A DNA stretch of 64,000 nucleotides from Methanotrichaceae archaeon (GCA_963813075.1 CAWEXU010000031.1:202582-266581); one strand, 5' to 3'. Shown: positions 42,744 to 54,598, numbered from the stretch's first letter. A program made the numbers and translations. The notes: generated from the sequence alone by a model not told the origin.

Positions 42744-43485
42744 CTACCAGGGGGCTGAAATCGCCCGACCAATCTCCCCCATCACCTTCTGCGATCCGAA
42801 TACTTCATCGGTCCGGCCCACGGAGGTGAGCCTGCCCTCCTCTAGCACCGCCACCCTGTCTGCCAGCATCAGTGCCTCCTGCATATTGTGGGTTGCCAGG
42901 ACAACTGTGGTCTTCTGTCCAGCCAGGCCCTGCAGTAGGCGGTCGATAGCCTCGACGCTCTTTGGGTCCAGGTTTGCGGTGGGCTCGTCCAATAGCAGCA
43001 GCTCCGGCTCCAGGATCAGAGCCCTGGGCCAGGGCGATCCTCTGCATCTCCCCTCCTGAGAGGGTGTTGGCATCCCTCTTCTCATAGCCGGAGAGTCCGA
43101 CCGACGATAGTGCTTCCTGAACCATTCTCTTGTCCTTCTTCCCCCTCATCTTCAGGCCAAAGGAGACATTATGCTCCACATCCGCCCTGAACATCACCGG
43201 CTTTTGGAAGACCATAGCCATGCGGCGGCGCACAGGAAGCTTTTCACTATCCGGGAGACTTGAGACCTCACGGCCTTCGATTGAAATTCGACCGGAGGTT
43301 GGGCCTTCCAGGAGGTTGATCAGCCGAAGGAGAGTGGTCTTTCCCGAGCCCGTGGGGCCGATGAGGGCCAGGACCTCGCCCTTCATCACCCTCAGGTTGA
43401 TATCCTTCAGGATCTCTGCCTGGCCGTAGCTCTTGGCAAGATCCTCTATCTCCAGGAATGCGCCTTCTCGGGCAATCTCGCTCAA
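42744..43485 (-). CDS. tupC: Tungstate ABC transporter ATPase; frameshift near 43020
   Basis: GPTGSGKTT, LSGGEMQR, LLLDEPTANLDP. Confidence 0.85.
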
Positions 43486-43547
43486 TATATCACCTTAAAT
43501 CCGTCACTTATCAACATCTCCCATCCAATCCGTCACCATCGAATCCA

Positions 43548-44231
43548 TCACCCTCTGATCCTTGTCAGGACGAGATTGATCACCAGGGAGATGGAGATGA
43601 GAATGATTCCCAGGGCTATGGACAGCTCCAGGTTTCCCATTGAGGTCTCTAAAGCTATGGAGGTGGTCAGCACCCGGGTATAGCCGCGGATGTTCCCGCC
43701 AATCATCATCGCCACTCCCACCTCGGATAGCGCCCGGCCAAAGCCCAGGAGCACAGCAGCCATGACCGCAGCCCGGGCCTCCCTGATCACAGTGGCTATG
43801 ATCTGCATCTGGTTTGCTCCCAGCGATCGGGCAGTGTCCTTGATCAGGGGATTTACCTCGGCCAGAGCGGTGATGGTCAGGCCGATCATGATCGGGCAGA
43901 CCAGAATTGACTGGCCCAGGATTATGCCATAAGGGGTGAACAGAAGCCCCAGGCCACCAAGGGGACCGGATCGGGAGATGAGGAGGAAGACGAGCAGGCC
44001 CACTGTCACCGTGGGCAGGCTGTAGAGGGTCTGAATCAGATTTATGAGCGCTCCCTTCCCCCAGAACTGGCGGAACTCGATCAGTCCTCCCAAAGGTATG
44101 CAGATGATCGAAGCCAGAAAGGCCGAGGATAAAGAGATGAAAAAAGATCTGGATGTGATCTCCACCACCTGGGGGTCAAGGGTGGCTATCAGCTCAATGG
44201 CCCTGAACAGGCCGTTCCAGATCTCTTCCAA
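43548..44231 (-). CDS. tupB: Tungstate ABC transporter permease
   Basis: LPTVTVGL, SRSGPLG, GRALSEVG..MMIGGNI. Confidence 0.9.
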   Translation of the reverse strand: MEEIWNGLFRAIELIATLDPQVVEITSRSFFISLSSAFLASIICIPLGGLIEFRQFWGKGALINLIQTLYSLPTVTVGLLVFLLISRSGPLGGLGLLFTPYGIILGQSILVCPIMIGLTITALAEVNPLIKDTARSLGANQMQIIATVIREARAAVMAAVLLGFGRALSEVGVAMMIGGNIRGYTRVLTTSIALETSMGNLELSIALGIILISISLVINLVLTRIRG

Positions 44232-44333
44232 GTGCGAACACCGCTCGGCTTCTTCTTTTCTGCGATTGTTCTATTCGTCTTCTTTGCTATTTTCTGCTAA
44301 TTTCTCTTCACTCAATACTCAATATCCATCCTG

Positions 44334-45284
44334 CTATGCTGCAGCAGCGCAGGCGGCAGCTGTGGGCACAGCGCACTCCTCTTCCGAGCAGCCAATCACA
44401 TCGCAGTTGCCCCTGGCCGGGAAGAAGAGAGGCTTTCCGAACTTCTCAGTGCCGAAGCTGGCGATAAGATCCTGGCCCTCTTCAGAGACCAGATAGTCGA
44501 TGAACTCATTGGCCAGAGCGCAATTGACCCCTGGATGCTCTTCCGGATTCACCACCATGCCCACGTAAACATTCAGGAGCTCGTCTCCTCCCTCAATCAG
44601 GCTGATCAGACTCAAGTTGCCCTGATAGGACATGAACGTGGACATATCGGTCAATGTGTAAGCCTGCAGTTCACTGGCCATGTTCAAGGTGGCCCCCATC
44701 CCCTGGCCGGCATCAATGTACCAGGATTTGGTGCTGTTGGCCTCGCTATTATTATAGACATCACTGTAGTTGTAGCCGGCATTCTTCCACAGGAGCTTCT
44801 CCCGGGCATGAGTGCCTGAGTCATCCCCTCTGGAGACGAACTTCACCGAATCCGGGTCCACCATACCCCTGGCCATGATGGTCGCCAGGGCTCAAGATGC
44901 GTTCATGCCCCGGACCCCTGCCGGATCGTTCTCGGGTCCGACCAGATAGAAGTAGTTGTAGGCAATGCACCTTCTCTCCAGGCCATGCCCATCCTCGATG
45001 AACTTGAGCTCTCTTACCTTATCATGGACCAGGAGAACATCCACGTCTCCCCTCTCACCGTACTGGATGGCGATTCCCGTTCCCCCGGAGACCACGTCCA
45101 GGGATACATTATGAGATTGGTCGAACTCGTCCTTGATCAGGTCAAGAAGGCCCGTATCCTGCAGGCTGGTGGTGGTCGCCAACTTCAGCCTTTCCCCTTC
45201 TGCGGCAAGAGCGCTGCTGCAAAGGGCTGCTGCTAGCAGGAGCAGCAGAGATATTCTGAGAATATTTCCGGTCATGCTTATCAC
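44334..45284 (-). CDS. tupA: Tungstate-binding protein; frameshift near 44890
   Basis: LATTTSLQDTGLL, FVSRGDDSGTH, GQGMGATL. Confidence 0.9.
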
Positions 45285-45503
45285 AGCAGTTAAGCAGAAG
45301 GGCTAACCATAAATAGGTTATGTTAGCAAAATTCAACAGGAATGAGGTCATTAATGAAAGGCAAAGGTTTAGTTGATATATTATGGAATATACGTATATA
45401 TGATAAGGATATTTATGTGATATAGGCAAGGATAATTCGCAGAAAGAGTATCTACTGCCTAACTGGACCGAGAAGCGGGGCTTAAGATATTGCAGGTGTT
45501 AAT

Positions 45504-46113
45504 ATGATATATAGCAAAAATAGCAAAATATTGCTTTGCGTGATGACGCTATTTTTCCTTGCGTTTCAGGCATACGCTGAATTGGAAAGCACAAACGATA
45601 AAAATTTAAATATGTCAAATGAATCCAGCGGAGGCGAATTCGCTGAGGCATATGTGATCGAATTGAAGAAAAAACGGAGAATAATTCGCAATATTGAATG
45701 ACAAAAACTCTGGAGTCAGGTGTAAGTTATTGCCTTGGCGAAGTATTGGTACACAGGACTCTACAGTCGGCTTGTAGTAATGTCTATAGCCCCAGGCGAG
45801 GATATTGGAAAGGACGACTCACTTGGCTGTAGATCAATTCATCAGAGTCGAGTCAGGTACTGGAAAGGCTATCTTGAATAGCACAGAGTACGACATTGCG
45901 TAGATGGATCTGCGTCTGATTCCTGCAGGTATGATACATAATATCATCAATCCCTCTGATTCAGAGCCCTTGAAGCTTTATACCATCTACTCGCCACCAA
46001 ATCATCCGCCAGGCACAATCAACGTGGACAAAGCCGCGGCATTGGCCCATGAAAATTATGAAGTAGATGATGAAGTAGATGAAGAGGTAGATGAAGAGGC
46101 AAATGAAGATTAA
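45504..46113 (+). pseudogene. Cupin (RmlC-like) protein, multiply disrupted
   Basis: VVMSI.PGEDIG, DQFIRVESGTG, IPAG..HNIIN...EPLKLYTIYSPPNHP in several frames. Confidence 0.65.
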
Positions 46114-46267
46114 CATTAGAGCGTATTGAAGTATCGTTTCCTGACCGGCATAATCGGTCAGAATAATTTTTTGCATATGGCTCGGGTTGAACGAGATTAG
46201 TATCAATTTCAAGCCCCTGATAACCGAAAAGTTCCACAATCTTGATTAACTTGAAGAGACTAGCCCT

Positions 46268-47227
46268 GTGATGATGCTAAAGAACAGATCCATCCTCGTC
46301 ACCGGAGGTGCAGGCTTCATAGGCAGCCACCTGGTGGGAAGGCTGCTATTGGATAATGAGGTGACAGTGCTGGACAACTTCAGTTCAGGAAGAATGGAGT
46401 TCCTCGCGCCTTATCAGGATATTCCGGGTTTTCACCTCCTGACTGGCGACCTCAAAAATTCCGAATTGCTGGATAAGGCGGTATCAGGAAAGGACTTCAT
46501 CTTTCATTTGGCCGCCAATCCGGATGTGAAACTTGGAGCGGAGGACACCCATGTTCACCTGGAGCAGAATGTTCTGGCCACCTATAATCTCCTGGAGGCG
46601 ATGAGAAAGAATGGCGTCCGCAAGATGGCATTCACCTCCACCTCCACCGTCTACGGCGAGGCGGCGCTGGTTCCCACTCCCGAGAACTACGGGCCGCTTT
46701 TGCCCATATCTCTTTATGGGGCCTCCAAGCTCTGCTGCGAGGCGCTGATCTCTTCTTACTGCCATACCTTCGAGATGCAGTCCTGGATCTACCGCTTTGC
46801 CAATATCGTGGGCGAGCGGGGGACACATGGAGTCCTGGTGGACTTCATCAGAAAGCTGCGGGAAAATCCCGGGAAGCTGGAGATCTTGGGCTCAGGAAAG
46901 CAGCGCAAGTCCTACCTGGAGGTGAAAGATTGCGTCCGGGCCATGATTCATGCCGTGGAGCACTCCACGGACGAGGTCAATGTCTTCAACATAGGATCTG
47001 AGGACTCGATTGATGTCACCGGGATTGCAGATATCGTGGCCAGACAGATGGGCCTCTACGGGGTCGAGTACAACTACACCGGCGGAGTCGATGGCCGGGG
47101 GTGGAAGGGAGACGTAAAGCTGATGCTCCTTTCCATTGAGAAGATCAAGAGGCTGGGCTGGAGCCCGGAATTGGGATCGGCCAGGGCCCTGGAAGTGGCA
47201 GTGAAGGCGCTTCTTGAGGATTCTTAA
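46268..47227 (+). CDS. NAD-dependent epimerase/dehydratase (GalE-like)
   Basis: VTGGAGFIGSH, STSTVYG, YGASK. Confidence 0.92.
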   Translation: MMMLKNRSILVTGGAGFIGSHLVGRLLLDNEVTVLDNFSSGRMEFLAPYQDIPGFHLLTGDLKNSELLDKAVSGKDFIFHLAANPDVKLGAEDTHVHLEQNVLATYNLLEAMRKNGVRKMAFTSTSTVYGEAALVPTPENYGPLLPISLYGASKLCCEALISSYCHTFEMQSWIYRFANIVGERGTHGVLVDFIRKLRENPGKLEILGSGKQRKSYLEVKDCVRAMIHAVEHSTDEVNVFNIGSEDSIDVTGIADIVARQMGLYGVEYNYTGGVDGRGWKGDVKLMLLSIEKIKRLGWSPELGSARALEVAVKALLEDS

Positions 47228-47349
47228 AGATTCTAAAGATACCAATAATAAAGACACATAAAATAAAGATACATAAAAAGTAACGAAAGAAAGATCAAAA
47301 GGAAAAAATTGGGCATCTTTCTTTTGCCCACTCATTTTTTGCCCCGGCC

Positions 47350-48409
47350 TTATGTCACATTGCTGACTGCCCAACTGGTTTCCTTCCACCAGTCGCCCTC
47401 CAGCAGGGTGGCATTGTAGCCCATAAGCCGGAGGCTGAAAAAGAGGCTGTAGGCCTCTGGCGTTCCATAGACAATGGCAGTCCCGGACTCATCCAGCCGG
47501 CGGCCAAAGAGGTCCTCCAGGGTACCGGCATCTTTAATCTTTGAATCCTTGTAGATCTTATCCAGGCTCAGGGGTATGGCCTCATTGGTGATCCTGTCCT
47601 TGCCGTATTCAGAAAAGTCCCGCGCATCCAGAATGCTGACATCGGCCATCTGGAGCATGCCATCAAGGCTCTCTGGGGTCACCAGGAGCCCTGGCACTAT
47701 ATGGCTGGTGTAGTTGGCGGGTTCAGGAGAGGGCGCGTTTGCGCTCAGGGACAATCCTGCGCTCAGGGCGGCATCAATTCCTCCGTCCAACAGGCTTACG
47801 TCCTCATGCCCGAGGTAGGAGAGGGCCCAGAAGACAAAAGGCGCACCATGATCGCTGGAATCGCCATAGATGAGGAGCCGGTCGCTGGCAGTTATGCCCG
47901 CCCGGCCTAAAGCGTCCTGGGCCAGGCTCGGATCCAGGACTCCATCCCTTTGCAGGTCTTTCCAGTAGAGGTTGCGAGCGTCCGGGATATGCCCCTCCTG
48001 ATAATCTTGAGCAGAGCGCACATCCAGAACAACTCGATCGCTTTCGATCGAATTCGCCTGGGTGAGGATGGAAGCGACAGGATAGTTCGCCGGCTCTTCA
48101 GCGGGCGTTGATATGGCGTTGGTCGGTGAATTTCCCGTGTTCTTGCTGGACGGGAGGGCTTGGGCTTTGCATGCCATTCTCATAGGACTCCTTCTGGGCA
48201 TACCAGCCGTCCAGGTTCGTCCAGTCCGGGCAGGTGGGACAGAACTCCCCGGTCTCCGTGCCTGCCAGTGCAGTGCTAAATAACGTAATTATAGAAATGG
48301 CCGCCAGCAGGGATATGAAAAAAGCAGATCCTGCAGTCTTTCCTGGCTGCCTTTGACCAGATAAACTAAACCCCATCGAAATCACTCCCTGGGTACGGAG
48401 TTTTTCCAC
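47350..48409 (-). CDS. Secreted tandem rhodanese/sulfurtransferase; frameshifted
   Basis: LDVRS..DY.EGHIPDA, LLDGG; N-terminal signal and CPTCPDW. Confidence 0.8.
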
Positions 48410-48548
48410 TATTTCAGGCTTACCTTACCTGAACGTTAACTTTAAATACACAATGTTGCTCATCATAGCTAAATAATATACTACAATGCACTAACTTGTA
48501 CATTAAAAGAACGATATCAAGAAATCAGGATAAGTCATAATTCAGGAG

Positions 48549-49364
48549 TTGCCGAGAGTGAGAGGGACATCGATTCGCATGGAGAGGATATTCAACCGCA
48601 GTACCGGAAACGCAGTCATAATACCCATGGACCACGGGGTGACCGTTGGACCGATCAAGGGCATCAAGAGCGTCAAGAACATCGCCGATGCCGTAGCTCG
48701 GGGAGGAGCGGATGCCGCGGTGGTGCACAAGGGAGCGGCCACCTTCGGCCATCGAGGCTACGGCCGGGATCTCGGCCTGATCATTCACCTTTCCGCCTCC
48801 ACCGCCCTGGGACCGGATCCGAACAACAAGGTCCTGGTGGCCACGGTCGAAGAGGCCCTGAAGATCGGAGCGGATGCGGTGAGCATTCACGTCAATGTGG
48901 GGGCAGAGGATGAGAGCCGCATGCTCTCGACCTTAGGCGAGATATCCCGCCACTGCCAGGAATGGGGCATGCCTCTCCTGGCCATGATGTACCCCCGGGG
49001 GAAGAAGATCAAGGACGAGTACTCTGCAGAGAGCATCGCCCATGCCGCCCGGGTGGGGGCGGAGCTGGGGGCGGATATCGTCAAGACCAACTACTCCGGA
49101 GACCCGGAGAGCTTTGTCGAGGTGGTTGAGAGCTGCCCGGTTCCGGTGGTGATTGCAGGCGGTCCCAAGGTGGAGACGGAGCTGGACCTACTCCGCATGG
49201 TGGAGGGGGCGATCAATTCCGGAGCGCGGGGAGTGGCCATTGGCAGAAACGTCTTCCAGCATCAGGATCCTGAGCTGATCACGAGAAGGATCTGCGGAGT
49301 GGTGCACAAAGGGCTCAAGGCGGAAGAGGCGGCAGCTTTAGAAGGGCCTGCGAGGGGCTCTTAG
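48549..49364 (+). CDS. 2-amino-3,7-dideoxy-D-threo-hept-6-ulosonate synthase (class I aldolase, AroA')
   Basis: PMDHG, HLSAST, AMMYPRG, GADIVKT, VIAGGP, GRNVFQ. Confidence 0.88.
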   Translation: MPRVRGTSIRMERIFNRSTGNAVIIPMDHGVTVGPIKGIKSVKNIADAVARGGADAAVVHKGAATFGHRGYGRDLGLIIHLSASTALGPDPNNKVLVATVEEALKIGADAVSIHVNVGAEDESRMLSTLGEISRHCQEWGMPLLAMMYPRGKKIKDEYSAESIAHAARVGAELGADIVKTNYSGDPESFVEVVESCPVPVVIAGGPKVETELDLLRMVEGAINSGARGVAIGRNVFQHQDPELITRRICGVVHKGLKAEEAAALEGPARGS

Positions 49365-49592
49365 ATCTGATCGATTGGGGGGGCAGAAAGGGAAAAATTA
49401 TCGCTCCCCTGAATTGTGTTGGCTGCAGGATAATTAGTGCTCTGTGGGTGACCGCGTGCTCCTCCGCCCGCAGGGCTGATAGGCCTGAAAGGCTAGAGCC
49501 TGCTGGGTCCGTCCATGGCAAAAGAGCTGATGACCTCAAGATTGAGATTCTAAGATAGAGTTATATCTCCCGACGTTGCATGAACTTCTAAT

Positions 49593-49835
49593 ATGTTCTG
49601 CGAATACATCCAGGCTGCCATCTCTAAGGCGGTCTATGAAGTCATAGATGATGAAGAGCCTTATTACGGCGAAGTGCCAGAATTGAAAGGTGTTTGGGCA
49701 ACCGGCAAAACCGAGGAAGATTGCCAGGAAAATTTGAGGATGGCCATAGAAGACTGGATTGCGTTTAGTCTGCGATTCAATTTGCCTATCCCGGTTATTG
49801 AAGGCCAGACCATAAGAGCACCAGTCGAGGCATGA
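49593..49835 (+). CDS. hicB: HicB antitoxin
   Basis: YYGEVPELKGVWATGKT.E.C.ENL. Confidence 0.85.
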   Translation: MFCEYIQAAISKAVYEVIDDEEPYYGEVPELKGVWATGKTEEDCQENLRMAIEDWIAFSLRFNLPIPVIEGQTIRAPVEA

Positions 49836-50059
49836 GCACGTCAAGGTTATGTCCGGTTTCGTGGAATGAACTCATAAGAAAGTTGCATGCTCTCGGATTC
49901 GAAGGCCCTTATACCGGCAAAGGACCGCATCCCATAATGCGGAAAGGAATTATTAGAGTTATGGTCCCAAATCCACATCGAGCTGATGTTAGCGTCGACC
50001 TTATAAAGAAAATCCTCAGGCAAGGCGAGATCAGCAGAGAAGAATGGCTTTCTGCTTAG
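49832..50059 (+). CDS. hicA: HicA toxin
   Basis: LHALGF.....G.H..M......VPNPH......LIKKILRQ. Confidence 0.85.
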   Translation: MSTSRLCPVSWNELIRKLHALGFEGPYTGKGPHPIMRKGIIRVMVPNPHRADVSVDLIKKILRQGEISREEWLSA

Positions 50060-50242
50060 CAAAAAGCGCAGGCTGCTGGCTCCGGCTCATACTATTCACA
50101 TTTGCAGCTCGTCGATGTTTTGGCGAAAGCATATTGATAGCATGATGCCAAAGGTCCTTTAAGATCAGTTATGATTATCTGCTTCTTCCTCATTGAGCTT
50201 GCCCAACACAATTCTATGTCGGTGTCTCGTTCTGTAAAGCCG

Positions 50243-50440
50243 TCAAATATTCCGACGTTCAGCTTCCAATTGCAGTAAAATGTCGTCTTCCACAGGCTCA
50301 AGGTACAATTCAATCGCCTCTCGAATGTTCTTTATCGCCTCTTCTCGCGTGCTGCCCTCACTGATGCATCCGGGGAGGTCTGGCACGAGCACTGTGAATC
50401 CGGCTTCTTCGCTTGGTTCAAGGATCACTGCAAGTTTCAT
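50243..50440 (-). CDS. Orphan HicB-like antitoxin
   Basis: VPDLPGCISEGSTREEAIKNIREAIELYLE. Confidence 0.85.
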   Translation of the reverse strand: MKLAVILEPSEEAGFTVLVPDLPGCISEGSTREEAIKNIREAIELYLEPVEDDILLQLEAERRNI

Positions 50441-50572
50441 GGTGTCTCTCCAATCTATTCTTTGTCCTGATAGATCTAATAGATTTCCTATGAGCGTCTC
50501 TATGAACTCTGTGTCTCTTTGGAGTGAATTTGCAGGTAGGCGCAGAAATCCAGAATTTTTTTATAAACTAGA

Positions 50573-51724
50573 TCACCTTCCGAAATAGGCTGCCACCTTT
50601 TTGAGCTCTTCTCGGATCTGGATTCCCTGGGGACACTTCTGCTCGCATTCTCCGCACTCCTCACACTGGGACGCCACTCCGGGGCTTCCTCCGAAAAAGC
50701 CTCCCAATGATATATTATAGTTGATGCCGGCCACGTCTGGTGCATCGAACATGCACCCTTGATTGTACATCTCAAAGCATTCCGGGATGCTGACGCCTGA
50801 AGGACAGGGCATGCAGTATCTGCAACCGGTACAGGGAACCTTGATGCGCTTCTTGTACTCGATCTCTGCCTCTTTAAACAGATCCAGCTCCTCCCTGGAT
50901 AAAGAGTCTGATAGACCGTTTTCGGCATAAGCCACATTCTGCCGAACCTGCTCCGGGCTGGACATGCCGGATAGAACCACTGTCACCTCAGGATGATTCC
51001 ACACCCACCTCAGCGCCCACTCTGTAGGGCTCCTCTGAACTTCAGCCTTCTTCCAGATGCTGTTTATGGATGGAATATCCTTGGTGAGCATGCCCCCTCG
51101 CAAGGGCTCCATGATCACAATGCCAAGATTTCGGTCAGCTGCATATCTGAGCCCTTCAGTCCCTGCCTGATATTGCTCATCCATGAAGTTGTACTGGATC
51201 TGGCAGAATGTCCAGTCATAATCGTCCACGATCTGCTTGAACAGGGGCAGTTCATCATGGAAGGAAAAGCCGGCATATTTGATTCTCCCATCGGCCAGGG
51301 CATCGTCCAGAAAGTCGGTTATGCCCAATTCCAGCAGCTTTTCCCAGAAGGGATTCATCAATCCATGCACCAGGTAAAAATCGATGTGATCGGTCTGGAG
51401 CCGCTTGAGCTGCTCGTTCAGATAGCGATCCATATCGGCCCGTGATTGGACCATCCAGATGGGGAGTTTGGTGGCGAGCTGAATCCTCTCCCGGTAGCCT
51501 CCCTGCAGAGCCCGGCCAAGGAAAGGCTCGCTCTCTCCGTTGTGGTAGGGATATGCGGTGTCGATGTAGTTCACGCCCTGATCGATGGCATATCTGAGCA
51601 TTTCAGCCGCCTGGCTCTCGTCTATTTTGCCATCCGCGGTTACGGGCAGGCGCATGCATCCGAAGCCGAGTATGGAGAGATCGAGCCTGGCTTTCTTCAT
51701 TCTTCTGTAGAGCATAGTTCCCAC
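50573..51724 (-). CDS. Aldo/keto reductase with C-terminal Fe-S domain
   Basis: LGFGCMRLP, DTAYPYH, CTGCRYCMPCP, CEECGECEQKCPQ. Confidence 0.92.
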   Translation of the reverse strand: MGTMLYRRMKKARLDLSILGFGCMRLPVTADGKIDESQAAEMLRYAIDQGVNYIDTAYPYHNGESEPFLGRALQGGYRERIQLATKLPIWMVQSRADMDRYLNEQLKRLQTDHIDFYLVHGLMNPFWEKLLELGITDFLDDALADGRIKYAGFSFHDELPLFKQIVDDYDWTFCQIQYNFMDEQYQAGTEGLRYAADRNLGIVIMEPLRGGMLTKDIPSINSIWKKAEVQRSPTEWALRWVWNHPEVTVVLSGMSSPEQVRQNVAYAENGLSDSLSREELDLFKEAEIEYKKRIKVPCTGCRYCMPCPSGVSIPECFEMYNQGCMFDAPDVAGINYNISLGGFFGGSPGVASQCEECGECEQKCPQGIQIREELKKVAAYFGR

Positions 51725-51842
51725 TTCTTTCTGCTTGATCTAATATATTTCTCATTGGGTGGGGTAGTTCGTCCCCTCTCATGTCATCCAGTCATCCACT
51801 GGCCAGAAAAGTTAAAAAGATGCAAGACCTTCCATTGGACTT

Positions 51843-52979
51843 ATGAGAAAGCGGCCGGGATCTGCCTTTGAAGCTACTGTTTTCGCAATATTTGCCCTTG
51901 CCCTTATATTCTTCGCCCTGCTACCCATTTTCCCGGCCGCTGCCGCCTTGAATTCTGGAGAGGGTGAGACGGGTGTTGCTCCGGCTATCGAGATCTCATC
52001 TATCCAGGGCCGGCTGGATCTAGAAGAGCCCTTCCACAGTCGCCGTTGTCCTATTCAACAACGCCTCGGATCAGGGGGAGGTCTATGAGACGGACCTTGA
52101 CCCGGCCAGCGGCCAGGAGCATTACAGCGGAGCTTGTAAGCGACGACGGCAGGATCCAGGTATTATCCGGGCCCCAGATGGCCGGCTCCCTCGGTCCGAA
52201 GGAGAACACCACGGTGGAGTTCATGGCCCTGGCGGAGGGGGCAGAGGTGGGCATTTATCCCGCCCGGCTGCGGCTGAACTACTCACACCTGGAAAGGGTT
52301 TCGACCTCCAGCCAGGATATAGCGCCTGATATCATTTTCGTCTATGAAGAGGGATCTCAGTGAGCTGCCCCTGCCGGTCAAAGTGGTCCTCGGGCCGAAG
52401 ATAAGGATCCTGGAGGTCAGGGGAAAGGCAAGGCCTGGGGAGGCGTCCGGCCTGGAGGTGGTGGTGGCCAACGAGGGAGACGAGACCGCCTTTGACCTCC
52501 GGCTGGAGGCAAGAGCCATTCCCCCATTCCTCCGGGCAGGAGATGAATTAGGAGGATTAGGAGGATTAGGAGGATTAGGAGAATTAGGAGATGAATCGGG
52601 TGAAGGACCAAACCAGAAGGACCTCAAGAATATCGAGGCGGGATCTGAAGCATCCTTTGACCTCGTGCTCCTCACCGAGGCCAATGCCACACCCGGATAC
52701 GCTCCCCTCCCCTGCAGCATATCTTATCGGATCTTTTCTCCGGGGGAGGACAGGGACCTAATGAGCGGGGGAAGCGAGAGGAAGGAGGATATCGCCCTGC
52801 TGGTGATGATAGGAGAGGACTCTTATCTTGAGGACTGGATGATCTTTTTTGCCGGTCTAGTCATCCTTCTCATCCTGGCGGCTGCATACATATATTTCAA
52901 GCATTTCAAGCGAAATGGACCCGGCAGCCGCAGCATCTTCGGCAGAAAGAAAAAGCCCCCCAAGAGCCTGTTGGGCTGA
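51843..52979 (+). CDS. Surface protein with Ig-like domains (COG1361-like) and C-terminal TM anchor; frameshifted
   Basis: Signal peptide, GSLGP..., VANEGDETA, TM helix plus basic tail. Confidence 0.6.
52545..52590. repeat. In-frame 9-bp tandem repeat (GGAGGATTA) encoding GGL repeats
   Basis: Directly visible. Confidence 0.9.
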
Positions 52980-53007
52980 AATACGGTGCAGTAATAAGGG
53001 AATAAAA

Positions 53008-53033
53008 CGCAGAGGCGCAGAGCGCGCAGAGGA
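53008..53033. repeat. Dispersed intergenic repeat CGCAGAGGCGCAGAGCGC(G/A)CAGAGGA; second copy at 55251..55276
   Basis: 25/26 identity, both copies preceded by GGAATAAAA. Confidence 0.85.
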
Positions 53034-53104
53034 CGACAGCCCCAGGGGCTTTTCGAGGTTGAATGGAAAGGAGAAAAGAAGATGAGCGTCTCTGTGGATA
53101 AAGT

Positions 53105-54350
53105 CTAATCCGCAGATGTCAGTCGCATGAACCTCTCCTGCGCCTTTTCCAGGATCTCCTCCTCTCCCAGGGATGATGCCGTTTTGCATCAGCACCCTTC
53201 CATTGACGATGGTGGTGTCCACCCCTCCGGCCATGCTGTAGACCAGGTGGGATAGGATGCTCGACTGGGGGATAAACCAGGGCTTTTTCAGGTCGATCAG
53301 GGCCAGGTCGGCATTGGCACCGGCGAATATTCCGTTGTTCATTCCGAATGCCCGGTAGGCGTTCTTCGTGGCGAACTGCCAGATCTGCTCAGCCGAGAAG
53401 GCGGCAGGAGTGTGGTAGGCATTCTTCTGCACAATGGCCGTCGTCTTCATCTCCTCGAAGAGGCTGAGGTTATTGTTGCTGGATGCGCTGTCCGTTCCCA
53501 GGCACACGTTCACCCCGGCCTTCATCAGGGTGTTCAGGGGAGCAATGCCCGAGGCCAGCTTCAGGTTGCTCACTGTGCAGGCCACCACATTGGCCTTTCT
53601 CTTCTCCAGGAGATAGCAGTCCTCTTCAGAGAGCCAGACGCAGTGGATGGCGGCAAGGCGGCTATTTAAGAGGCCCAGCGAGTCCAGATACTCCACCGGG
53701 CTTTTGCCCCGGCTCAGCAGGAATCCGTCCACCTCCTTGCGGGTCTCGGAGAGGTGCATATGGACCATGACCTGGTGCCTGTCCGCGATCTCTTTCGCCC
53801 GGAGGAGGGTCTCCTCCGAGCAGGTGTAGGCGGCGTGAGGGCCCACGGCCGGCCTTATCAGCTCGTCGTTCTTCCACCTCTGGATGAAGGGCTCCACCTG
53901 GGATAAGAGCTCGGGCTTCATGTCGAATACGACGCCCGAAATAAAAGCCCGCAGGCCCATCTCCTTTGTAGCCTGGGCGGTCACATCCGGGAAGTAGTAC
54001 ATATCACTATAGCAGGTGATGCCGAATCTGATCAATTCCAGGCAGCCGAGCTTCACTCCCCAGTAGATATCCTCCTCCGTCAGCCTGGCCTCCAGGGGCC
54101 AGATCTTCTCCTCCAGCCACGGCATCAGCTCCATGTCGTCGGCATAGCCCCGCAGGAGGCTCATGGCCAGGTGGGTGTGGCAGTTGACCAGGCCCGGGAT
54201 GGCCAGCTTTCCCCGGCCCTCTATCACCTCATCAATGCCACTTTTGGGCAGATCGGGGCCTACTCTTGCGATCCTGCCCTCTTCGATCAGTATATCCTGC
54301 CCCGGCACCAGACGCCCGGACTGGAGGATGGAGACATTCTTTATGAGCAT
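53105..54350 (-). CDS. Amidohydrolase, MTA/SAH (5'-deoxyadenosine) deaminase-like; frameshift near 3' end
   Basis: PGLVNCHTH, PHAAY, HMHLSET, LGTDSASSNN; true C-terminus EEILEKAQERFMRLTSAD*. Confidence 0.88.
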
Positions 54351-54480
54351 CGGAGAAAAATGGGCACTGGAGATAAAAAAGATTGTCGATTTGGGTGAGC
54401 AGGTGCAGGGCTTTTGGGCTTGCTTTCAAGGGGGGGGTATCGTCAGGCTTAAGATCTATCGATTCCAAGCATGTGGGCGG

Positions 54481-54598
54481 GCTGAGGTAGCCAAGCGGCC
54501 TACGGCGCTGGTCTTGAGCTGCCGTCTTCTTACGGGAGGACGGGACGGGCAAACCAGTGGTGCATCGCACCTCGTGAGTTCAAATCTCACCCTCAGCG
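54481..54598 (+). tRNA. tRNA-Ser(TGA) with 33-nt intron (54519..54551) at position 37/38
   Basis: Acceptor GCTGAGG/CCTCAGC with G discriminator, anticodon stem CTGGT/ACCAG, long variable arm GGTGC/GCACC, TTCAAAT T-loop, BHB helix CTTG/CGGG. Confidence 0.93.

Noticed and set aside
49525..49550. Hammerhead ribozyme or fluoride riboswitch (GCTGATGAC)
   Set aside because: The remaining conserved core elements are absent or misplaced
50060..50243. HicA partner for the minus-strand HicB
   Set aside because: No readable HicA-like frame was found
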